Source: a virus | Lineage: Duplodnaviria; Caudoviricetes | DNA: 60,531 bases | Strand: one strand, 5' to 3' | IMG/VR virus record: IMGVR_UViG_3300040979_000011 | Location: 1-60,531 of that record | Part shown: piece by piece, positions 16,045-25,934 of the stretch | Position numbering within the stretch: the stretch's first letter is position 1 | Layout of the letters: every line of letters starts with the position of its first letter | Program-made: the position numbers and the translations under genes | The notes under the pieces: generated by a model | Told to the model about the DNA's origin: nothing | The model's input: only the letters and a program-made list of their open reading frames with translations | Database searches by the model: none

Positions 16045-18306
16045 GTGAGTAGCGGCACCGAATACTTCATTGCGCCGAGAGTACCAGGAGTAAGACCCGT
16101 TGACGACCCTGATTACGACGGGATCACTTTTGTCTATGTCTTCACCCGGATCCTGGATGTCTGGACCGTCCCGCCGATTACAGGCAATGTCGACGTCGTC
16201 GTTGATAACAGCCAAGGATTCGTTCCCGGGATGACGATCGCAGTGGAGGGTGCCGGATATTATCAGGTGGTTCAGACAACCGCTTTGAACCGGATGACGA
16301 TCGAGAATTTGCCTCATGGCGATAACGCGTTTCCCGGCAGCTCGATTCCACCAGGGAACATAACGACAACCAGTCTGCCTGGACCAAAGGGTGACAAGGG
16401 TGATCAGGGCATTCAGGGTTTGGCCGCCACCGTCGATGTCGGTACGACCGTTACCAGTCCCGCCGGTCAGAACGCCAATGTAGTCAATGCGGGTACACCG
16501 CAGGCTGCCATTCTAAATTTTACGATCCCGCGCGGGCTAGTCGGCCCCCAAGGGCCGCAAGGCGCGCCCGGCCAAGCGTTCAATGCGACTACGGGCGCAG
16601 ATTTTACCGCAGCGAATCCACCCACAGTACAAGTCCTTACCCTCAACACTACGACCGGACTTTTTCAGGGCGTTGTCCTCAACATCGATCCGATCGGTTA
16701 TTACCAAGTTCAGGACGTCATTTCGCCGACTCAATGCCACGTCGTCAATACCGGGACCGCAACCAATGCGCCAGCCGGAACCGTTTCTCCGAGCGGTTCT
16801 AATGTCTTGGGCACCGGCCCCGAAGGTCCGCCCGGAACTGCCGCCACCATCGCTGCCGGGAATACCACCACACTGCCGCCCGGTAATGCGGCCAGTGTTA
16901 CCCAGCGCGGAACTCCTGATGCAGCGATATTTGATTTCGGTATTCCCCAAGGTGTAGTCGGCCCACAAGGTAACGATGGCGCGCCGGGTGCGCCGGGCGC
17001 GGCGGGCAACGATGGAGTGACACCGACTGTTGATGCCGGGACTACCTCTACTCTCTCGCCCGGTCAGCCAGCTGCGGTTACCCAGCGCGGAACTCCGACT
17101 GCAGTTATTTTTGATTTTGCGATCCCGGAAGGTGATGTCGGCGCGACTGGCCCGGCTGGTGCCCAAGGCCCACAGGGTACACCGGGAGCCGCTGCGACCA
17201 TCACTGCCGGGAACACCAGCACCAGCGCGCCTGGAAGTAACGCTCTAGTTACCCAGCGGGGCACCGCACAAGCCGCGATCTTCGATTTTGCTATCCCCCG
17301 AGGCGATGTCGGTGCCACTGGCCTAAACGCCTTTACCATCACAAGCGGCCCCTTCACAGTCCCCGCAGTTGGCAGCACAGTCGTTGTCACTGTCAATGAC
17401 GCCAGCTTTGTCGTGGTCGGTCAGATGCTGGCGGTTCAAGGTGCGGGCGGCACCGGAATTGCCGGTTCGTTCTTGGTACAGTCGAAAACTGGTAACCAGC
17501 TGACGTTGCTCAATCCGGCAACATCCCAAATTCCATTAGCGGATTCGACTCACACCGGACTGCTCAAACAACTAAGTGGAAACACCACCGATTACGTTGA
17601 TGGCACCAATAACTCGCATCCGCTTGCCAACGTTCTCGGTCCGGCTCTGATCACCGGTAACCCGGATGCACCTTGGATCTATGGAGCGTACGACGATCAT
17701 TTCGATGGTAGCGTTTTAGCTGCGAAATGGGTACCGACAGACACGGCTGGCTATGCCAGTGTTTCTCGCGGCGTCAGTGCTAGCCGGTACTGGATTGTAG
17801 CTAGCGCGCCAGCTGATGCAACTTCGCGTATGGCTCAGATCGTTCAGGCGGTCAGCTTAACGCCACCAGTTTCAATCCGAATCAAGATCCAAGCGTTTGC
17901 CTCCTGGGCGACTGGTGTCGGCGCGGTCGAGAATTTCTTTATCAGTCTCTATGGAGGAAGTGCCTCTAGCTCTCGTTATCGATTCGGCTTCGTCAACTCA
18001 ACCACCTATAATGCGACCGCTAACGTGCAGCAATTAATCAGTGAGGCCGGTGCTAATTATGGCACTTTGGTCCAAAGCGTAGGCACTTGCGGACCGCTGC
18101 CCCCCTATTGGCGACTAGATTATAATGCGGATAAGAGCACACAGTTTTTTATTTCCTTCGATGGATTTAACTGGTGCGCACTAGCAAGCTGTTCGGCCGC
18201 CCAGACTCTGTTTGCCACCACGCCTCCAGATCACTTTGTGATTGGTTTAATGACCCAACAGAGCAGTGTCTCCCACCTTGATGTCGACTGGGTCAGATTC
18301 CAATAA
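16045..18306 (+). CDS. Collagen-like tail fibre / receptor-binding protein
   Basis: G-X-Y runs; four copies of a G.T.T..PG..A.V...GT...AI.(D/N)F.IP.G repeat; beta-rich C-terminal head (DDHFDG...DVDWVRF). Confidence 0.85.
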   Translation: MSSGTEYFIAPRVPGVRPVDDPDYDGITFVYVFTRILDVWTVPPITGNVDVVVDNSQGFVPGMTIAVEGAGYYQVVQTTALNRMTIENLPHGDNAFPGSSIPPGNITTTSLPGPKGDKGDQGIQGLAATVDVGTTVTSPAGQNANVVNAGTPQAAILNFTIPRGLVGPQGPQGAPGQAFNATTGADFTAANPPTVQVLTLNTTTGLFQGVVLNIDPIGYYQVQDVISPTQCHVVNTGTATNAPAGTVSPSGSNVLGTGPEGPPGTAATIAAGNTTTLPPGNAASVTQRGTPDAAIFDFGIPQGVVGPQGNDGAPGAPGAAGNDGVTPTVDAGTTSTLSPGQPAAVTQRGTPTAVIFDFAIPEGDVGATGPAGAQGPQGTPGAAATITAGNTSTSAPGSNALVTQRGTAQAAIFDFAIPRGDVGATGLNAFTITSGPFTVPAVGSTVVVTVNDASFVVVGQMLAVQGAGGTGIAGSFLVQSKTGNQLTLLNPATSQIPLADSTHTGLLKQLSGNTTDYVDGTNNSHPLANVLGPALITGNPDAPWIYGAYDDHFDGSVLAAKWVPTDTAGYASVSRGVSASRYWIVASAPADATSRMAQIVQAVSLTPPVSIRIKIQAFASWATGVGAVENFFISLYGGSASSSRYRFGFVNSTTYNATANVQQLISEAGANYGTLVQSVGTCGPLPPYWRLDYNADKSTQFFISFDGFNWCALASCSAAQTLFATTPPDHFVIGLMTQQSSVSHLDVDWVRFQ

Positions 18307-18312
18307 ACACTT

Positions 18313-19251
18313 ATGCCTCCTCCAGTCCCAGGAATAGTTGTCGGAGCCAATGCTCAGGTCGGTCCAGGTGGTGATACCGGTTCGACTGCCGCTACTCCAT
18401 TAGCTGATACGACTCAAGACGGGCTGCTGCGCAAGGTCAGCGGCACTGCCACCGATTACGTCGATGCCACTAACAATTCCCGGCCACTTTCCAATATCAT
18501 CAGTACCGATGCCGGTAACGCCTTGGTCGTTGGCATTGATAACCGGATTAAGGCGGGCGGCCCGACGTCGCACTACTACGATTACGATGATTTGACTAAT
18601 GTGTTTGGCGTTACCGGTGGTGGTTTTGCGAGCAAATTACTAGTAATCAATAATAGCGGTGCCGCCGGAGCTGTTAGTACTAGCTATGCGGGTGATTCGG
18701 GTGACGGTCACCATGGTGTTGTTCAATTAGCGCCTGGAACTGTGGCTAATGCTTGGGCCAGAGCATATATAAGTAGTCCGATTTTCTTGCGGGCATCGAC
18801 CTTTACTTGGCGGACGTGGTTTATACCCTATAACGTTGCCGCCGGATCCACTAGCCAGCACATAATTGGATTTTCGAGAGATCCATCTTTAACGATAAGC
18901 GCGACCAGTTACTATATCGTTTTTTATTTGATTCCGAGTAGCAGCGTCAATTGGCACGCCCGGGTTAGCAGTGCTGCTGCCGTAACCGATCAGGATACCG
19001 GAGTCAACGGAATGACTCACGGGTGGTTCGATCTAAAGATCGTGGCAAACGCGACTCAAGTGAAATTCTATATTAATGGGAACCTGACTAACACGATCAC
19101 CACCAATATTCCGCCCTCGACCCAAGTTCTCTATGCTGCCGCTTGGATGAACGCAAGCACGGACCTTACCAACTATTTTTCTCTCTTGGACTATGCCGAG
19201 ATCGATATTGATACCGGCATTGCCGGCCGTTTTAGCAGATCACCTTTATGA
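18313..19251 (+). CDS. Putative second receptor-binding/tail spike protein
   Basis: Shares a PLAD...GLL...SG..TDYVD.TNNS.PL module with the upstream fibre; lectin-like beta C-terminus. Confidence 0.65.
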   Translation: MPPPVPGIVVGANAQVGPGGDTGSTAATPLADTTQDGLLRKVSGTATDYVDATNNSRPLSNIISTDAGNALVVGIDNRIKAGGPTSHYYDYDDLTNVFGVTGGGFASKLLVINNSGAAGAVSTSYAGDSGDGHHGVVQLAPGTVANAWARAYISSPIFLRASTFTWRTWFIPYNVAAGSTSQHIIGFSRDPSLTISATSYYIVFYLIPSSSVNWHARVSSAAAVTDQDTGVNGMTHGWFDLKIVANATQVKFYINGNLTNTITTNIPPSTQVLYAAAWMNASTDLTNYFSLLDYAEIDIDTGIAGRFSRSPL

Positions 19252-19745
19252 GTGCATCACCTGATACCCTAGTAACTCCTGAACTCCAGGCCGGTGTAGG
19301 CAGTCAAGCCTTCCCGACTTGGCCGCCGCCCAGTGGCGGCGCACCCGTAACAGCCTGGGAAATGGGCCCGATTCTGAATCCCTATCCCTACGGCTCACCT
19401 CAACCAGCCAATATCTCAACCAGTCCGCCAGCACCAGCTCATCCCTGGAGCAGCACCTTCTTTCCTAAGAAGATGGCGGCGACTACCGGACAGAACCAGC
19501 CCGGTGGCACCCTGCCCGCGTGGCCACACTCGCGTGTGTGCGTCTTACCGGATAAGGCGAGTCCTGCCCTATCAGCGATCAGTCCGCCGCCTCGGTTTGG
19601 TCCAGGCCCGCAAAGCTTATCCTGGGAAGCTGGCCCAGATCCCGGTAACCCGGCTCCGAGACGGACATTCCCAGCGGGCAGTTACATTGATGGGATGGGT
19701 AACGTTATCACGCCAACCCGCATCGTTGGAGGCCTAGGAAACTAA
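19248..19745 (+). CDS. Pro-rich putative virion protein
   Basis: ATGA coupling in the structural operon. Confidence 0.55.
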   Translation: MSASPDTLVTPELQAGVGSQAFPTWPPPSGGAPVTAWEMGPILNPYPYGSPQPANISTSPPAPAHPWSSTFFPKKMAATTGQNQPGGTLPAWPHSRVCVLPDKASPALSAISPPPRFGPGPQSLSWEAGPDPGNPAPRRTFPAGSYIDGMGNVITPTRIVGGLGN

Positions 19746-19746
19746 A

Positions 19747-20160
19747 ATGGGTAATCCTCCTTTTCTGCCGCCCAAGTTCGCTTCCGGGCCGCCGACCGCA
19801 CAGGTAGGCGTCTGGGAAGATGGCCCAGGCGTGTTCCTTAACCCGCCTAATACGGGCCAGCCGGTTCGCTACAACGGCCAGGATCAGGTCACTAGGATTA
19901 ATGTGGCTCAGCCAATGCCCGCCTGGGAGTTGGGCTGCGGGGCATGTGACCCGAATATCAGCAAGGTCAACGTCCAGGCTCCGAGCGGCAGTGGGTATGC
20001 GGCCAAAGGAGTCGGCGAGGTCGGTACCATTAATGCCGGGGCTAATATTCCGATCACTTCGCCCGGATTCACAGCCCAGATCGCGCGGCTATATGTCGGA
20101 GCCGATGGCAAACTGCATGCCTTTGAGAATCAAACCAGCCAGGATTTCGTCCTCACCTAA
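19747..20160 (+). CDS. Putative virion protein
   Basis: Operonic spacing. Confidence 0.55.
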   Translation: MGNPPFLPPKFASGPPTAQVGVWEDGPGVFLNPPNTGQPVRYNGQDQVTRINVAQPMPAWELGCGACDPNISKVNVQAPSGSGYAAKGVGEVGTINAGANIPITSPGFTAQIARLYVGADGKLHAFENQTSQDFVLT

Positions 20161-20178
20161 AAGATAGAAAGAGAACCT

Positions 20179-20367
20179 ATGGCCAAAGAAAAATGGATGC
20201 AGGAAGCATTCAAAAATGCGAGGGGCCAATTGCGTCGGAAAATGGGCGCAAAACCCGGTAAACCGATTGCTAGCGGGAAACTGGAAAAAGCGACTCACTC
20301 CCAAAGTCTCAAGACTAAACGGCAAGCGGTCTTAGCTAAAACCGCGAGGCGTTCTGCCGGAAAATGA
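20179..20367 (+). CDS. Small basic phage protein
   Basis: KWMQEA...GQLRRKMG...KRQAVLAKT pattern common in phage head regions. Confidence 0.65.
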   Translation: MAKEKWMQEAFKNARGQLRRKMGAKPGKPIASGKLEKATHSQSLKTKRQAVLAKTARRSAGK

Positions 20368-20531
20368 ACTTGATCATCCTCCTTATTATTCTGGTCGCCC
20401 TGATCTGTCTGACGATCGGCCCGGCCTTTGGGGTCGCCATCACGCGCGGGTTTTGGGTCTTTATCTTTATCGCCCTGGTGGTTGCTGTCATTCTTACCCT
20501 GGTTCCGTTGGTCGGAATCGGCGCTAAATAA
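20364..20531 (+). CDS. 55-aa two-TM membrane protein, holin candidate (not in ORF track)
   Basis: MNLIILLIILVALICLTIGPAFGVAITRGFWVFIFIALVVAVILTLVPLVGIGAK; start and stop overlap both neighbours. Confidence 0.6.
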   Translation: MNLIILLIILVALICLTIGPAFGVAITRGFWVFIFIALVVAVILTLVPLVGIGAK

Positions 20532-20764
20532 TGCAAAGGGAACCGACCATCGTAGCGCCCTATTGCGGCCAAAATCAGCAGCAGAGTATCGTCCAGCCGC
20601 TCTCGATTCAGTACCAGAGCTGGGATGGCGAAGAAGGCCCTTGGGTGATGCCGCCTTATGCGAACCTTTATCCGCCGGCAACCCAAGGGCCCGGCGAAGC
20701 CTGGGTGCCGCCGCCGGTGAGCCAGACCGATATCTTCTTGGCTCAGCAAACGTGGCCTTTGTAG
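20531..20764 (+). CDS. Hypothetical protein
   Basis: Coupled to the upstream stop. Confidence 0.5.
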   Translation: MQREPTIVAPYCGQNQQQSIVQPLSIQYQSWDGEEGPWVMPPYANLYPPATQGPGEAWVPPPVSQTDIFLAQQTWPL

Positions 20765-20773
20765 TTTGTCGCT

Positions 20774-21064
20774 ATGGAAAATGAGGGGAAGGGCAATAAC
20801 AACGCAAAGACGAACCTTCTCAGCCAACTGCTTGGTGGCGGTGATCAGACCGTCAAACTCATTACCCTAGCCGCAGTGGTCATCACCGGTGGCAGTAATT
20901 TCTGGGCAACCAAGGATGTTGCCAGACTCACTGATCAAGAAGCCCAGCGAGCGGTACGACAACTCGATGATCTCCATGAGCGTTTGGATACGACGATCCA
21001 ACGACAAAAGGAGATGTACGAGATGCTCAAAAAATTGAGCGAGGAAAAGAAACCCTCGAGTTGA
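20774..21064 (+). CDS. Membrane-anchored coiled-coil protein
   Basis: Hydrophobic segment followed by heptads. Confidence 0.6.
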   Translation: MENEGKGNNNAKTNLLSQLLGGGDQTVKLITLAAVVITGGSNFWATKDVARLTDQEAQRAVRQLDDLHERLDTTIQRQKEMYEMLKKLSEEKKPSS

Positions 21065-21152
21065 CTCGCCAAAAGCCTCCCCCTAAGATAAAGGCTTCTT
21101 GTCAGGGACCACTCAGCTTGAGTCAGCTGAGAGGAGGTCGATCATCACTTAA

Positions 21153-21184
21153 GCCCGCCGTGAGTGCGGCGGGCGCTTTTTTTT
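21153..21184 (+). terminator. Intrinsic terminator
   Basis: gcccgccg-tgagtg-cggcgggc followed by a T-run. Confidence 0.75.
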
Positions 21185-21602
21185 ACTTCTTTAGGCGTCT
21201 CCGATCAAAAATGCGACGGCATTCGCGGCAATGTCGGTGACCTCTCCATATATAGGTGTTTTCCTCATCGAATGGATGACCAGCCGGACAATGAGTCCGG
21301 CGTGCTTGCTGGGCGATAAAGTTCTCTCCGCGAAGCGTATTGATTCTATTGCTAACGAATTCCAAATGGAACGGGTTTACGCAGCAACGAGTTCGGCAAA
21401 GATGGTCAGTCGTTAATCTAGGCGGTCGGCTTTTGCCGAGCGCATTGCAGACGACAAGATGCGCTACTGTGGATTTTCCAGAAATACCTATTCGACCGTA
21501 GCCTTTGTAATCGATATAGCCGGTCCAGAGCCAGCATCCCGAATTGGGCTCGATAAAGATCTTTTGCTGTAACCTTGTAGGCAGGGCATTGAAACTCAGC
21601 AT
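21183..21602 (-). CDS. HNH homing endonuclease
   Basis: GCWLWTG...GYG...DHLCRTRCCVNPFHLE...N and THCPAGH. Confidence 0.9.
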   Translation of the reverse strand: MLSFNALPTRLQQKIFIEPNSGCWLWTGYIDYKGYGRIGISGKSTVAHLVVCNALGKSRPPRLTTDHLCRTRCCVNPFHLEFVSNRINTLRGENFIAQQARRTHCPAGHPFDEENTYIWRGHRHCRECRRIFDRRRLKK

Positions 21603-21775
21603 TTTTAGATTGCAGTTTGGTAACTAAAGTTCTTTAGTGTCAATCGCAGTTCAGGAGCCTCCTGCACTATTGAGGTTCCAAAGCTCGCCACCGGAGTCAA
21701 TCGGGTGCCGAAACCCACCGGAAGCGTTCCAGCTACCGGCAAACCCGTATTTTCCTAACCCCCTTCTTTTATCCT

Positions 21776-23017
21776 ATGGGTGATTGCATCGTAACCCCTA
21801 TTCAAGCAACAGACTTTGCCAACAGGGACAATAATAGATTAGTCGGCCAGATCACGACTCTAATTATGCGGCGGGCCCCGTTCAACGACACGTTGGATGG
21901 CGGCGTTTTCGAAAACGCGATCAGTGATCAACAGCGCAACGTGGTCGTTGAGCGACCGATTCTCGGTCAATCGTTGGTACTTCCTGAGTACATTAACGAT
22001 ACCGACAGTTGCGGCACCTTCGGCCAGATCGCTCAGGTCGGAACGACCGAGTACATCACTCGGCTTGGCACCCTGCGCGGGCGCGGTCCAAAAGTTTGTG
22101 TAAAACAAATGCGGTCCGCGTTCCAGAACTCGTACGCGGCAGTTCAAGATTCTCTCCAAAAACAGTTGCTCTACCTTGCCAATTGCGACGTTCGAAGCCA
22201 GCTCTTCCTCCACTCAGGAGTGAAGGTCAAAATCAATCAGGGCAGGACTTTCGAACAAATGGTCAACGGCGACGTGCAGATGATTGACGTTCCGATGAAC
22301 GATTCGACTCCGCCGGATGCCAACCTCACCTTCAGCTTTCTCCAATACCTGCTCGTGTTCGCGCACGAGACACTGCTATGCGAATCCTTCGAATCAGAGA
22401 GGGGTACAGTAGCCAAGTTCATTGGCTCGCAGAATCAGTTGAACGTTTTCCGCGACGAACTGAATGTTCACCAGGATCTGCAGTACCTGACCACGGGTCG
22501 GTACGAGGTCGGCACCGAGAGTTTGACCGGGTACAGTTGGGAAGGTCCCTATCGGGGCATTGCCTTTGGTATCGATCAGCAACCATTGAGGTTCAACGCC
22601 TTCACTGTGTTGAACGGGCAATTGATTCCGCAATTCATCGAACCGGAGATTGCGGTTCCTGTCACTACTGGTTTTGGAGCGAGGACTAATCCGGCTTGGC
22701 TCTATGCCCAGTATGAAGTTGGATTTTTGATCTTCGCCAACTCTTTCCGCCGGTTGGTTCCCGAGCAATATTTGGGAGTCGGTGATTGGAAATTCCCGGC
22801 CCAGTTCGCCCAAGGCGAGCTCGAGTTCACGGTCATCCGGGATAACGATTGCAACACCTACGGCGACTACGGATACCACATCTATCAGATGATCAGAGCC
22901 TATCGGCCTGAGCGTCCGCATTCCGTTATTCCGATCGCTTACAAGCGTTGCAACCCGACCTTTAATTTCCTGACCTGCCCGTCCTATCCTGGCACGGCTT
23001 CAGGCTACTCCATGTAA
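21776..23017 (+). CDS. Probable major capsid protein
   Basis: 413 aa, long upstream leader, strong downstream terminator, followed by tail genes; no diagnostic motif verified. Confidence 0.65.
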   Translation: MGDCIVTPIQATDFANRDNNRLVGQITTLIMRRAPFNDTLDGGVFENAISDQQRNVVVERPILGQSLVLPEYINDTDSCGTFGQIAQVGTTEYITRLGTLRGRGPKVCVKQMRSAFQNSYAAVQDSLQKQLLYLANCDVRSQLFLHSGVKVKINQGRTFEQMVNGDVQMIDVPMNDSTPPDANLTFSFLQYLLVFAHETLLCESFESERGTVAKFIGSQNQLNVFRDELNVHQDLQYLTTGRYEVGTESLTGYSWEGPYRGIAFGIDQQPLRFNAFTVLNGQLIPQFIEPEIAVPVTTGFGARTNPAWLYAQYEVGFLIFANSFRRLVPEQYLGVGDWKFPAQFAQGELEFTVIRDNDCNTYGDYGYHIYQMIRAYRPERPHSVIPIAYKRCNPTFNFLTCPSYPGTASGYSM

Positions 23018-23023
23018 TAAGCG

Positions 23024-23054
23024 AAAAAGGGCTGCCTTCTGGTGGCCCTTTTTT
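23024..23054 (+). terminator. Intrinsic terminator after capsid gene
   Basis: aaaaagggctgcc-ttct-ggtggccctttttt. Confidence 0.8.
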
Positions 23055-23180
23055 CTCTCACTTTCCACCGGGAGGGGCCGACGACTTTTCTGTGCACTCT
23101 TAATATCAACCTCAGGAAGAAGAGCCTGCGCCAATGGCACTGAAGAGATGCCTTAAGGGTTGCTCGGTCCCTCAATTTTT

Positions 23181-23513
23181 ATGAGTCATACCAAACCGAT
23201 CGAGTTAGGCCGCAGCTTTGATGAGCTGGCCATTCCGATCATGGAATCGGCCAGAGATAAAAAGCATTACCCAGATCTTTTTCTGAGTGACGTCGACGAT
23301 GAGCGCATTCTCGATCTGCCTGACGAAGGCGTAGCCGAGATCCACTTCAAGGTGATCTCGCGCACCCATCGAGAAGAAAACGGCGATGGCAAAAAGAAAC
23401 GGCGCTCATGCTCGTTGCGGCTCGAGATCTATTCCATCGAGCCCGGTCACGACCCGAAGTTCAACGGCAACGGCAAGAAGAAGAAAACCCACTGGGAGAT
23501 GTTCAATAAATGA
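23181..23513 (+). CDS. Hypothetical protein
   Basis: ATG at 23181; ATGA overlap with the next gene. Confidence 0.6.
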   Translation: MSHTKPIELGRSFDELAIPIMESARDKKHYPDLFLSDVDDERILDLPDEGVAEIHFKVISRTHREENGDGKKKRRSCSLRLEIYSIEPGHDPKFNGNGKKKKTHWEMFNK

Positions 23514-25924
23514 TTGTTGTCTCTGACGTCATTGATCAGGTGGGCCGGGTGCTCGGAACCTGCGAACCTTCCTACACCTATGACGTCCTGACGCGCGCGG
23601 TCGAACTGCTGGCCAACAAACCCACCAAAACCAATGTGGTGTGGGATCCACTGATTTGTTACGTCGATCTGCCCGTAGTTAACGGCTACTACGTCTGTCT
23701 CCCACCGCATGTCTTAAAGCCGATCAAAATCAATCTGAATAAAGCGCCGGCCTTCACTCGCAACCAGTTCTTCGAGTTCAGTATGAACGGGCCCGGCTCG
23801 ATTGATCCCGAGGCTGGCTGGAGCTGGCAAGATCGTGGCTGGAAAGCGTTGCAGAAACCGTGGCCGCCCGGCGGCGCGCCTTACATTATGATGTCGAGCG
23901 ACTCAGCCGATCTCAATACAATCATTAAAGTCCACGTCGTTAACGAAGATCAATCCACCAGTTGGCTCGATGTCTTTATTGGTCAGCCTTACGAGACGAA
24001 GATCTACGGGATACTGGAAGCCTCCAAGCCCGACACCAAGGGCACGATCTCGGTCTACTCTAATCACTTCGTCTTAGAGAGTGCTCTGGTAGCCCAATGG
24101 GCTCCAGAAGTGCATTACCCGCAGTTTGAGTGGATCAAGCTTTCTCAGAACGCTGTTGCCTGCAAAATGCTTTGTCGGCGGCGCACCTACAAACTGACCC
24201 TGCCCACCGATGTCATCCCTCTCTCCAATCGGCAAGCGATCATCACCGCCTGCCTCGCCATCAAAGCCTACGACACCCTCAACTGGGACGACGGAGCTAC
24301 CGCTGAACAAAACGCTCTTCGATTCCTCGAAGAAGACCAAGGGGCGCGCAACCTCTTCCAGCGTGTTAGCAACATTGCTGAGACGAGCCCGACGCTTAAC
24401 CTGACGATCAACACGCGCGATTCGATTATCGCCGCCGATCTCTACGACTTTGCTTGCGACGTCTTCGGACCAATCGGCCAGCAGAAGATTTTTGATCGCA
24501 TGACTGAGGCGATCGAGCTCTTGGCTAACCTCGGGCCGATGTGGGATCCAATGATCGGTTATGTCGATATCACGACCTGGGACAGCTTCTATGTAACCTT
24601 ACCTCAGTACGTTGATCAGGTTTTGGCCATCAATGTGAATCACTCGATCGGCACCTTCAGGAACCAATGGTTCGAGTTTCACATGAACGGACTGGGCCAG
24701 GATAACGATCAGGCTGATGCAGTCGGCTCCAACCGGCCCTGCGGCGGCTGGGAAGAGATCGGCGAGATGCCGTGCGCTTTCCCTTTAATAGCTCCTTCGT
24801 ACGTAGTAGCGGCTCCTGTTAGTGCCACTGACAACGGTACCCCTATTCGGGTGTGGGGCATCGACATTAACGACCTGCCGATCTACGGCCCTGATGGTCT
24901 GCTCGGGATTCCAATAACTTGTGAACAAAACAGCTACGATATCACTAACCAGCAAAATCCTATTAAGCGAATCGACCGGATTGTTATCGAAGGCAGCCCT
25001 CAAAGCTTCATTCAGCTTTATGCTACGGACGGCACCCAATACCTGCAGAACTTAGGCACCTTCTGGCCCAATGTGGCCGAACCGAAGTTCCGCGTTATCA
25101 AGATCGGCCAGAAAGCCGTGACGGTGCGGCTCCGTTACAAGAAACGCCTACTCAAAATTACTTCGCTCACCGATCCGCTACACATGCGCTCGCGTAGCGC
25201 GCTCATGAACGCACTGCGCTCAATTGAGACGGCTACCATGGATGCGGCCAGTGCGGGAGCCCTTCTCCAGAGTGCCAGCATGTTGCTCCAGCAGGAATGG
25301 CGCGCCACCCATCCACACGAGACCCTCGGGATGCAGGTCGATCCGTCTACTTGGGGGGCATCGTTCGTTCAGATGCCAGCTCTATGTCCAATCCTTCTTC
25401 TTTCGTCGATTCAAGGCTTGTTCCCGATAAGTAGCCCAGTGCGCATTTCCTGGCTCATAGCCCCGATTGTTATCTATGCGCTCAAGAGTCAGCCGTGGTT
25501 CAGGAGGTTCGCCAACAGCGCGATAAAAACTCTCAAAAGAGTTTTCCCATTCAGGGCACACGGTAATTCTGCGCATCTGATAATTGCGAACTTCCTTTAT
25601 TCTCTTGGAACCCTTTGTGCGCAGTTTCATATTCATCCACGCCAAATAGACTTTCGATCTAGTCATGCCATGAGTGCGTCTCTTGGCTCCAGTCACCTCG
25701 CGACGCAAACAACCACAGCTCTTGGTGCCGTGACGCCTCAATGCTTGCCCCGTTGCGGTAATCTCTTTTCCACAGTCGCAGACACAAAGCCAAAGAGCTT
25801 TTCGGCGGACATTGGTTCCGACACGCCTCACTACAATGAGGCGATCAAAACGCTGTCCAAGCAGGTTAATCGCCGTGTTCATCCCGGCTCTGATCTGATT
25901 TTGGTTGGGGTGACGCATTTGTGA
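23510..25924 (+). CDS. Putative head-tail adaptor/tail tubular protein with an internally duplicated domain; last 180 codons are antisense to an HNH gene
   Basis: Two homologous halves of about 300 aa (ELLAN...WDP.I.YVD...YV.LP...RNQ.FEF.MNG.G); position after the capsid gene. Confidence 0.65.
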   Translation: MIVVSDVIDQVGRVLGTCEPSYTYDVLTRAVELLANKPTKTNVVWDPLICYVDLPVVNGYYVCLPPHVLKPIKINLNKAPAFTRNQFFEFSMNGPGSIDPEAGWSWQDRGWKALQKPWPPGGAPYIMMSSDSADLNTIIKVHVVNEDQSTSWLDVFIGQPYETKIYGILEASKPDTKGTISVYSNHFVLESALVAQWAPEVHYPQFEWIKLSQNAVACKMLCRRRTYKLTLPTDVIPLSNRQAIITACLAIKAYDTLNWDDGATAEQNALRFLEEDQGARNLFQRVSNIAETSPTLNLTINTRDSIIAADLYDFACDVFGPIGQQKIFDRMTEAIELLANLGPMWDPMIGYVDITTWDSFYVTLPQYVDQVLAINVNHSIGTFRNQWFEFHMNGLGQDNDQADAVGSNRPCGGWEEIGEMPCAFPLIAPSYVVAAPVSATDNGTPIRVWGIDINDLPIYGPDGLLGIPITCEQNSYDITNQQNPIKRIDRIVIEGSPQSFIQLYATDGTQYLQNLGTFWPNVAEPKFRVIKIGQKAVTVRLRYKKRLLKITSLTDPLHMRSRSALMNALRSIETATMDAASAGALLQSASMLLQQEWRATHPHETLGMQVDPSTWGASFVQMPALCPILLLSSIQGLFPISSPVRISWLIAPIVIYALKSQPWFRRFANSAIKTLKRVFPFRAHGNSAHLIIANFLYSLGTLCAQFHIHPRQIDFRSSHAMSASLGSSHLATQTTTALGAVTPQCLPRCGNLFSTVADTKPKSFSADIGSDTPHYNEAIKTLSKQVNRRVHPGSDLILVGVTHL
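25382..25918 (-). CDS. HNH-type homing endonuclease
   Basis: WLCVCDCG...KSCGC...THG...VCPEW..SFESF...LERIDNNRGYEPGN.HWAT...NRR. Confidence 0.85.
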   Translation of the reverse strand: MRHPNQNQIRAGMNTAINLLGQRFDRLIVVRRVGTNVRRKALWLCVCDCGKEITATGQALRRHGTKSCGCLRREVTGAKRRTHGMTRSKVYLAWMNMKLRTKGSKRIKEVRNYQMRRITVCPEWENSFESFYRAVGEPPEPRLTLERIDNNRGYEPGNAHWATYREQALNRRKKKDWT

Positions 25925-25934
25925 GGATTATACT

